From an uncultured Pirellulaceae bacterium (GTDB lineage Bacteria > Planctomycetota > Planctomycetia > Pirellulales > Pirellulaceae), in NCBI GenBank assembly GCA_964478065.1, contig CAYZGP010000003.1, positions 1,684 through 65,683 on the forward strand: a stretch of 64,000 nt of DNA. The letters are read 5' to 3'. Below the pieces are notes generated by a model that did not search any database, was not told the origin of the DNA, and saw only the letters and a program-made list of their open reading frames with translations. Shown piece after piece: positions 56,909 through 64,000 of the stretch; within the stretch, counting starts at the first letter, position 1; each line of letters starts with the position of its first letter. A program made the position numbers and the translations under genes.

Positions 56909-57991
56909 TTGACTTCCAAGGCAACCAACAAAGCTAGGATAGCCAAGCACAAAATGGCAGGGCGCAAGCGCCCGAAGTCTAGGCCTATTAAATCCAAGTC
57001 CAGGTCAGGATCTTCGGTTTCTGAAATCGTCAGTGAGTCGGCTGGCAAGGCGATAGAAAAATCCCAAAAATCACTCAAGATTGGGCAGGTGCCTGGTGTT
57101 CTCAAGTGGGCTGTTCCCGGCTTGGCTGGGGCGACGTTTGTTTGGGCCTACTGGCCTGTGTTAGATAAACTGGTTGACCAGTGGTCCCGTATTGCAGATT
57201 ATTCTCACGGATTTCTTGTGATACCAATCGCGTTGGCGATGTTGTGGGTGCGGTCGTCGGATTGGTTTGATTCAAACCGTTCCGACGAAACTGCTGGTGG
57301 GTTTGCGGTTGTCTGTTTAGGCATGGCGTCAATTTTGATCGCCATGTCAATGCGGTTTGTTGCCGCCAAGTACTTTTTCTACGCGCTGGCTGGTTGGTCA
57401 ATTCCATTTTGGGTCGCGGGGTTTGTTCTCTTGTTTTACGGCAGGCAGGCTTTTGTTTGGGCGCTCCCGGCGATCGTATTTTTGTTCTTTATGGTTCCGC
57501 TGCCATACGCAGTTGAAACTGCCGTTGCTCGACCGCTTCAGATAGCCTCGGCTCAAATCAGTTGCTTTATTTTTCAGAGTTTGATGTTGCCGGCTGCATT
57601 GGAGGGCAACACGATTCTGTTGGGTGACTATACGTTAGAGGTCGCCCGCGCATGCTCGGGGTTGCGGATCACGTTGGGTGTTGCCGCATTGGCTTTCGCG
57701 TTCGCTGTGTTTTTTCAACGAACGTGGTTTAGCAATCTTCTGATGGGTATTGCGATCCTGCCGATTGCAATCCTGGCTAACTCGCTTCGCATTGTGATTA
57801 CGGGTTTGCTTTACCGTCTTGGTTATAGCGAATCGTTTATGTCGTTGGGCCATGATGGAGCTGGCTTGTTGATGTTGCCGATTGCAGCAGCCTTATTCCT
57901 CGGCTTGATTTGGTATCTCGATCGGCTTCTTCCGCAAGTCGAAGAGCTTGATTCCTCCAGCTTGATTCGGCGTCAAGTTCAAAGCGGCTAA
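56909..57991 (+). CDS. xrt: Exosortase/archaeosortase family protein
   Basis: YSHGFLVIP, MVPLP, VARACSGLR (catalytic Cys), LANSLRI (Arg), GHDGAG (His), about 8 TM helices. Confidence 0.93.
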   Translation: MTSKATNKARIAKHKMAGRKRPKSRPIKSKSRSGSSVSEIVSESAGKAIEKSQKSLKIGQVPGVLKWAVPGLAGATFVWAYWPVLDKLVDQWSRIADYSHGFLVIPIALAMLWVRSSDWFDSNRSDETAGGFAVVCLGMASILIAMSMRFVAAKYFFYALAGWSIPFWVAGFVLLFYGRQAFVWALPAIVFLFFMVPLPYAVETAVARPLQIASAQISCFIFQSLMLPAALEGNTILLGDYTLEVARACSGLRITLGVAALAFAFAVFFQRTWFSNLLMGIAILPIAILANSLRIVITGLLYRLGYSESFMSLGHDGAGLLMLPIAAALFLGLIWYLDRLLPQVEELDSSSLIRRQVQSG

Positions 57992-58062
57992 ATAAATTTC
58001 CGCGTTTGATGGTCGCAATCACCTCCACACACTTCCACCTCGTTCAATTGGATTGAAATTAG

Positions 58063-60240
58063 ATGAGTCAACAAAAGCCAAGTAGAAATAACTCAAGTCG
58101 ACGCAGGAGGCCCAGTAGTGCTTCTTCGCGCCGGCCTGATATGGCTGCCAACCAGCTTTCTATGGTTAAAACTGCATTCCGTAAGTGGGGTATGGTCTCC
58201 GCGTTTTTTGGAGTCTTGTTTGCCATTGGAGCTGGTTTTCTGGTGCTGAAATATTGGAATCCCGTCTACGAAGCACGGCAGTTCGTGCGGGTGATTCAGG
58301 ATCTCGAATACCTCAGTGTGCTTCCTGATATTCACAAAGAGCGAGTGAACCCCAAGAGCCAGTTGGCGCCAATCAAAAGCGAACTGCTTTTACGAGAAGT
58401 CCTGCTTGATTCAGATGTCAGCAGAACGACCAAAGCGACGACTTACGACCTGCGGATCAAAGAGCTCCAGTCGAAAATTCGATTCTCCCCTGCTGGTGGT
58501 GAGCTTTACTCGATTCAGTGTCGGGACGAAAACCCGAAAAACGCAGCGTTGGTTGCGCAGAAAGTGACGGAAGTGTTTATTGATAAATTCTTCGTCAACT
58601 ACCGCGCCGACCGAATCAAAGAGCTGACTGATAGCCTCGATCGCGAAATTAAAACCACGACCGAAAAAATCGAAGGTCTTGATGCTCGGATCGCGAGCTT
58701 GAAAAAGGAAGCAAGCTACTTGGTCGGGGATGCGGGCGGGTTAGTTTCTGATATTGATGGAGACTTGCTCGTCAATTTGAGAAAGGACCTTAAGGACGCG
58801 GAGTTGTTGCAAACACAACTGGAGATGGAAAAATCGGTTTTTGAAGCGACGGTCAATTCCGATGATCCAGATCAACTGAAAATTCTCCAGGAAGATGTTG
58901 ACCTTCTGGTTGATAATCATCCTGACGTGATTCGCGGTCGAGATTACTTGTTCAGCTTGGAAAATGAAGCGGCTTTGAATCAGGATCGGGCTCGTCCGAT
59001 TCGGGAGAAGGGGCAGTTTGCGATTGATCGGCAGCGCGATAACCTTGCTCGGACGGTCAAACGGGTTGGGGAAAAAGTGCGTTTTGATTTGGTGCGAAAG
59101 GCTCAGGCTAACGCCAAGGCGCAGCTTGCGCAAGTGAATATGAGGATCTTGCGAAATCAGCTTCGAATCGATTCGAGCAATGAAGACATCAAGGCTTTGA
59201 CGGGCGATCGTTTGGGCGTGCTGGAGCGGCAGTCTCGATACAACGATTTGAAAAACGAAAAGCAAAAGGCCGAATCGAGTTTGGCCAAGTGGGTGAATGC
59301 TCGTGAGAAGATTCGCTCAACTGAAATTTCTCCAATTCGTGTCGCGATTGCAGGCTCAAAGGAAGTCGTTGTTCCAACCGAGCCCCTGGAAGCCTATCCG
59401 TGGAAGCTGTTGGCGATGTCGACACTCGGTGCAATGCTGGTTCCGTTCGTTTTCCCGCTGCTGTGGGAATTTAAAATTGGACGCATTAGTGACTCTGGCC
59501 AGATTCAGCCGCAGGTTTCAGTCTCAATGCTCGGCGAAGTTGCAGATCTTCCCAAGCGTGTTCGTCGTCGCTCGCCTTCGAAGCAATTGATGCGACAAGT
59601 CCGATTGTACGAAGAAAGTGTCAATACGGTCTCGGCTGCTATGCGTTTTGGGCACGATGATGATCCGCGAGTGATCGCAATTTGCAGTGCGTGTAGCAAT
59701 GAAGGCAAAACCACACTTGCTTCGCAGTATGCGATGAGTATCGCTCGAACAAGCGATATGAAAACACTCTTAATCGATGGTGATCTTCGTTCGCCTAGTG
59801 TTCACCGGGTTTTTGATGCGGAGCTCGATGGAGGATTGGTCGACACGATCGGTAATCAAGTTGAACTTGATGAAGCGGTTGTCGAAAGCGGAATTGACAA
59901 CCTTGACGTGTTGGTTGCCGGTCGACTGCGAAGCAATCCAATGCGTTGCTTTGCTGGTGATCAGTGGAAGGAATTGCTTTCCCGTGCGTTGGATAAATAT
60001 TCCTACATCATCGTTGACACTCCGCCTTTGTTGGCGGCAGCGGAGACCGTCGCGATCGCAAAAGCATGTGACGTTGCCCTACTTTGTGTGATGCGGGATG
60101 TGTCACGCCAATCGTCTGTTCGGCAAGCTTTTGGTCGATTGTTGGCGGCCGATGTCAACGTCGCAGGTTACGTCTTTGGCGGCGTTCCGCAGAAATCGTA
60201 TGCGTACAAGTACGGCAGTTATGGGTACACGCTTAGTTAA
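58063..60240 (+). CDS. wzc: Polysaccharide co-polymerase / BY-kinase (Wzc-like)
   Basis: Two TM helices flanking a coiled coil. Walker A SACSNEGKTT, LIDGDLRSP, IIVDTPP, and C-terminal Tyr cluster SYAYKYGSYGY. Confidence 0.92.
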   Translation: MSQQKPSRNNSSRRRRPSSASSRRPDMAANQLSMVKTAFRKWGMVSAFFGVLFAIGAGFLVLKYWNPVYEARQFVRVIQDLEYLSVLPDIHKERVNPKSQLAPIKSELLLREVLLDSDVSRTTKATTYDLRIKELQSKIRFSPAGGELYSIQCRDENPKNAALVAQKVTEVFIDKFFVNYRADRIKELTDSLDREIKTTTEKIEGLDARIASLKKEASYLVGDAGGLVSDIDGDLLVNLRKDLKDAELLQTQLEMEKSVFEATVNSDDPDQLKILQEDVDLLVDNHPDVIRGRDYLFSLENEAALNQDRARPIREKGQFAIDRQRDNLARTVKRVGEKVRFDLVRKAQANAKAQLAQVNMRILRNQLRIDSSNEDIKALTGDRLGVLERQSRYNDLKNEKQKAESSLAKWVNAREKIRSTEISPIRVAIAGSKEVVVPTEPLEAYPWKLLAMSTLGAMLVPFVFPLLWEFKIGRISDSGQIQPQVSVSMLGEVADLPKRVRRRSPSKQLMRQVRLYEESVNTVSAAMRFGHDDDPRVIAICSACSNEGKTTLASQYAMSIARTSDMKTLLIDGDLRSPSVHRVFDAELDGGLVDTIGNQVELDEAVVESGIDNLDVLVAGRLRSNPMRCFAGDQWKELLSRALDKYSYIIVDTPPLLAAAETVAIAKACDVALLCVMRDVSRQSSVRQAFGRLLAADVNVAGYVFGGVPQKSYAYKYGSYGYTLS

Positions 60241-60333
60241 GCCCAAGTGATTTTTTGTTGTCTGTCGCGATTGCAATTCAATGTCTCGGTTTTCTAAATC
60301 CGAAGCGAATCCAAAGAAGCAAACTAAACCAAA

Positions 60334-63300
60334 GTGAAAACAGTGAAGCATAAAGAATCAAAATCCGGATTTGCTACTCAGGTCAGCCCCGTGGTAGCGA
60401 TTGCGTCGCTCGCGATTCTGGGCCTCGCGATACCTTTGGTTTATGCATGGCACTGGCGAGCCAAGACCGTTCTTTCGGATTCATTGTTGGAGACAGCGAG
60501 AGAGGCTATTGCCGCCCATGAAGAAAAAGTACTCGAAAGCCCGCTCAAGCCCGATTCGGACCCAATGTTGGGCGCAACAAAACAGCTTCGAAGCTTTCTG
60601 GCGCTGCATCCTGACGACGCTGAAGCACGGATTCTGTTGGCAACTGCGTTCGATAAATCTGCGACCGCATCATCCAATATCAACCGCAATATTCAGCTTC
60701 ACCTCGATGCGCTCGCAGTCGCTACTGAAGAACGGGCAGTGTTGCTCTTGCGAGTTGGGAATCTTCTTAATGAGGTCGGGCGATTCTCGGAGTCGCGTGA
60801 AGTCGGCGAAGAACTGATTCTCAAGCACGTTAATGAATCGGCCAACTCAGAAGTGAGAGCAGCGGCTTACCAGCAAATCGCTCAAGCGCTAGTGGGGCAG
60901 ATTGGCCAGGTTTCCGACGCGTCGTTGACCGTGGACTCCCAAGTGGGGGATCAGGTGGTTGGTGAGATCGTTGAAAAAGCGATTGAACTCAATCCGGACA
61001 ATGTGTATTTGCCGATTGAATTGGCCAATCTCTATCGCGTTTTAAATCGTCGTTCTCACTTGAGCCAGCAGCAGCGGGCCAAGTATGAATCGGCAACGCT
61101 CGTTGATCAAGAAGTCAACAAAATTGCGGATCAAATTGTCGCTGAGATGGTCTCACGAAATGCAAACAATCCAGAAGCGTATCTTACCAGTCATCTTTAC
61201 AAATCATTTTTTGAGGTCACCGGCGCGTTGTCTGACCTCCATCACTCGGCGGAACTTAACCCGCAAGATTCAAGGGTGAATTACCTGCTTGGTAAGTGGT
61301 ATTTCAAGGAGTCTCAAAAACCAGGCTCTGACAAGAACGGAAATTTAAATTTGGCCAAATCGCACTTCGAAAAAACGATCGCATCTAAAGGGAATCAGAA
61401 TGTAGATGCCTATTCGCAATTAGGAGTCGTGCTACAGTTGCTTGGCGATCAAGAAAAAGCGATTGAAGTCTGGCAGATAGGGTTGGAAAAAAGCGGTCGT
61501 CGGCATGTTCAAATTTTCCAACGCCTTGTCGCGGAGTTGGTTCGTTCAGATGACCAAGCCAAGCTCAAGCAGGCCGGCGAGTTGTTGACCGAAATGAAAT
61601 CTCTTAGCGCAGAATTGGCGCGGACTTCTGGCGTTAACCCAAAACTACTTCGCGAGTGGTCGGGGTCTTGTGAGTTTTTAACGGCTTTGATGCACTATCA
61701 GAAAAAAGAGTATGCCACTGCGATTGAATTGCTTGAGAGACTCAGTCGTGACCAAGGTGGCGAGCCTAGTCTGGTGACTGAAAGATCGAGGATAGTTCTT
61801 GCGGAAATCCTGGGCAAACTTGGGCGGCGAGGTGAGGCTGCAGCGCTATTGGAAGCCAACGATGAATTTGGCTTGGACAACGATAGCCTGGGAAAAATCG
61901 GGCAAGATTACTTAACGTCTGGCGATTTTAACAAAGCGATTTCTGTTTTTCGCCGAGCAGCACAAGCCGACAATTCAACCGGTGCCTGGCAACAGTTGGC
62001 AAAGGCGATCTACTTGCAGCAATCGACCCGCATTCCCGCCAACCGCCAATGGAAAGAATTTGATCTGGCGATTGCCAATGCAAAAACCGATGGTGAATTG
62101 GGTTGGCGAACTACGTTTTTGAAAACGCTTGGTGAAATCAAGCAATCGGAGAAACAGGACCTTGAGTCGCTTCGGTCGGAGATTGAAGTGCTGACTGCGT
62201 TGGTTGAATTTAGTCCCGACGTGCCGCGTCAATTGAGTTACCTCTATAACGAACGTGGAGAATACGAGCTTTCAGATCAATGGTGCGAGACCTACACCAA
62301 AATGGTCGAAAAAACCTCGGAGGGCAATGCATCGCTTTCATTAACTGATGTCGGCGCGGCAATTTTTCGTTCGGAACTATTGTGCAAGAGAAGCCAATTT
62401 CAAAGCGCTATTCAACTCATTCATGACAAAATTAAATCCAGTGCCGAGAATCCTTTGTTGGTCGAGTTGCTGATTGCGAGCACAAATATTCAGCTTTGGC
62501 AAGGAAACAACCAAGTTGCGCTGGAGGGGCTCAAGCAAATGGTGCATGACAATCCGGACAGCGGTCGCTTGCTGTTTTCCTTGGCAGATTTGGTGATGCG
62601 AACACGCACCTACACTGAGGTTCCGGCGCGTTGGGAGTCGAGCTTGGAAAAGTTTGAGTCGGACAACGGAAGGTACACAAAGTTATTCCAGGCAGCACGG
62701 ATACTTAAGCAGGCAAAGGCAACAAATTCAAATCCAGAAAAAATTCAATTGCTTGAGCGGGCTAATAAAATTCGAGCCGAAATCGGAAGCCTTTCTTCTG
62801 CTTGGTCGTTGCTCTCGGTGTTGGGCGGTGATATTTATTTTAACCTTCGCGAGGCGCGGGCTGCGGAGAATGCTGACGTTGGTTTGTTGGATGAGCTAAA
62901 AGAAAATGAGAAGTTGTTCTACGAGCAAGCCGCGAGATTGGGCGAGCGTGATACGCGAGTCTTGTTGCGGTTGGCGATGGCAGCAACCAACGGTGTCGAG
63001 GCGAAGCAGTGGACGGACTTGCTCGGAGCCAAAAACCAATCCGATGGCCTCGTCGGCGCGAGGCTTAAACTGGCTTTTCGGCAGTCAAATATGGAAGAGG
63101 CCAATAGGCTGGCTGGAGTAGCGACGGACCTCGATCCTGAAAATCCCAAGAACTGGATTCGGCGTGCACTTGTTCAGTGGAACGTTGGCGAGCGTGAAAA
63201 AGCTCAGCAGTCTGCTGCCAAGGCAGAAGGTCTATTGACGGAAGTCAAAGACTTGTCGACCTGGCAAGCGTTGTTTAATTTTCGCGTGAGTTCGGCGGCG

Positions 63301-64000
63301 ACGGCACCTGACGGCGCGACCAGCCAGATCAAATTGGCTCGCGGAATGATTGAGAAAATGACTTCGCTCGCGGCTCCTGGAAGCCGTTTGCTTGTTGAAG
63401 CAGAGCTTTTGGCGGCCGTACTTGATCCGGCCGCAACAGAGAAATTTCTTGAAGCAGAAAAGGCGTCGCCTCAGGACGAAAGCGTGCTTGTTCGCGTCGT
63501 GGAATATTTTTCAAACGTAGGTCCAGGCGAAGTTGATTCGCTCGATCAGGCGATTCGTGCGATGGACAAACTGATGAAGCTTAAACCCGACCACCAGCCG
63601 TATCGAAAAAAGTTGGCTAGTTTGCTTTCGCGGCGAGGTCTTGGCTCTGATTGGCAGCGACTTGGGACGATGTTCGCTTCACGATCGGATAAGAGCTCGT
63701 TGCATGACACCCGGACTTACGCAATTTTGCTGTTGCAAAAAAAGAATGTTACTAACTCTGAGCGGATTGAAAATTTAGGCGCCGCGCGTGACATGCTTCA
63801 AAAGCAATTGTCTGCGGAATCTGCTGACAGTCAGACTGCCGATTGGATGGTGCTTGGGCAAGTCAACTATCGTTGGTCGAAGATTCTGGATGACGAAGGT
63901 CAGAAAGATGAACGGCTTACCGAAGCCATAGAATGTTTCGAAAAAGTAGCCGCTGCGGGCGATGTCACGATTGCCCAACTCTTTGCGATCGGCACGTTTT
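60334..64000 (+). CDS. Large membrane-anchored TPR protein, 3'-partial (EPS/PEP-CTERM-associated, PrsT-like role inferred)
   Basis: Not in the ORF track because it runs off the right edge. The frame begins at GTG 60334 after an in-frame TAA: MKTVKHKESKSGFATQVSPVVAIASLAILGLAIPLVYAWHW...LALHPDDAEARILLA...AIELNPDN...ELNPQDSRVNYLLG. I translated 60334-61320 and the last line by hand without stops; the interval was not checked codon by codon. Confidence 0.85.
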   Translation, partial: MKTVKHKESKSGFATQVSPVVAIASLAILGLAIPLVYAWHWRAKTVLSDSLLETAREAIAAHEEKVLESPLKPDSDPMLGATKQLRSFLALHPDDAEARILLATAFDKSATASSNINRNIQLHLDALAVATEERAVLLLRVGNLLNEVGRFSESREVGEELILKHVNESANSEVRAAAYQQIAQALVGQIGQVSDASLTVDSQVGDQVVGEIVEKAIELNPDNVYLPIELANLYRVLNRRSHLSQQQRAKYESATLVDQEVNKIADQIVAEMVSRNANNPEAYLTSHLYKSFFEVTGALSDLHHSAELNPQDSRVNYLLGKWYFKESQKPGSDKNGNLNLAKSHFEKTIASKGNQNVDAYSQLGVVLQLLGDQEKAIEVWQIGLEKSGRRHVQIFQRLVAELVRSDDQAKLKQAGELLTEMKSLSAELARTSGVNPKLLREWSGSCEFLTALMHYQKKEYATAIELLERLSRDQGGEPSLVTERSRIVLAEILGKLGRRGEAAALLEANDEFGLDNDSLGKIGQDYLTSGDFNKAISVFRRAAQADNSTGAWQQLAKAIYLQQSTRIPANRQWKEFDLAIANAKTDGELGWRTTFLKTLGEIKQSEKQDLESLRSEIEVLTALVEFSPDVPRQLSYLYNERGEYELSDQWCETYTKMVEKTSEGNASLSLTDVGAAIFRSELLCKRSQFQSAIQLIHDKIKSSAENPLLVELLIASTNIQLWQGNNQVALEGLKQMVHDNPDSGRLLFSLADLVMRTRTYTEVPARWESSLEKFESDNGRYTKLFQAARILKQAKATNSNPEKIQLLERANKIRAEIGSLSSAWSLLSVLGGDIYFNLREARAAENADVGLLDELKENEKLFYEQAARLGERDTRVLLRLAMAATNGVEAKQWTDLLGAKNQSDGLVGARLKLAFRQSNMEEANRLAGVATDLDPENPKNWIRRALVQWNVGEREKAQQSAAKAEGLLTEVKDLSTWQALFNFRVSSAATAPDGATSQIKLARGMIEKMTSLAAPGSRLLVEAELLAAVLDPAATEKFLEAEKASPQDESVLVRVVEYFSNVGPGEVDSLDQAIRAMDKLMKLKPDHQPYRKKLASLLSRRGLGSDWQRLGTMFASRSDKSSLHDTRTYAILLLQKKNVTNSERIENLGAARDMLQKQLSAESADSQTADWMVLGQVNYRWSKILDDEGQKDERLTEAIECFEKVAAAGDVTIAQLFAIGTF

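Noticed and set aside
1-64000. tRNA, rRNA, integrase or transposase genes
   Set aside because: No cloverleaf, rRNA signature or DDE/tyrosine/serine recombinase motif was recognised by eye.

Overview
Bacterial chromosomal window, almost certainly Planctomycetota (Pirellulaceae-like, GC roughly 50%). The assignment rests on LEPRxLL-type N-terminal motifs on giant secreted proteins, a DUF1592/DUF1552 gene pair and planctomycete-style PEP-CTERM/EPS genes. Left (1-14500): a putative ABC-less type I secretion-like island. It has a divergent giant DUF4347/Ca-binding-repeat substrate, two close TolC paralogues at its ends, a truncated secondary SecA, and three different HlyD/MFP adaptors (soluble, GAF-fused, and PqqD/RRE-like + M50 protease-fused). 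Middle (14600-40800): cobB, PhzF, GT2, sppA, CPBP protease, DUF1552/DUF1592, a thioesterase, a complete MoxR-Bat operon behind a sigma-54-like promoter with a BatD-BatE fusion, then a sialidase-like protein, an M49 peptidase and photolyase. Right (40900-64000): a cell-surface/EPS region with a short ECF-like sigma, an alkaline-phosphatase-superfamily protein, a 2306-aa LEPRxLL/LamG/GSDH/PKD/cadherin-like protein carrying an apparently exact 1380-bp tandem duplication, a small protein, a tandem-FHA protein, an S9 peptidase, a PEP-CTERM protein with an odd upstream ORF, exosortase, Wzc and a large TPR protein. Two real genes running off the window ends (1-1845 minus, 60334-64000 plus) are missing from the ORF track. 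No rRNA, tRNA, CRISPR array or transposase was recognised. All family calls are from motif recognition by eye, not database searches.
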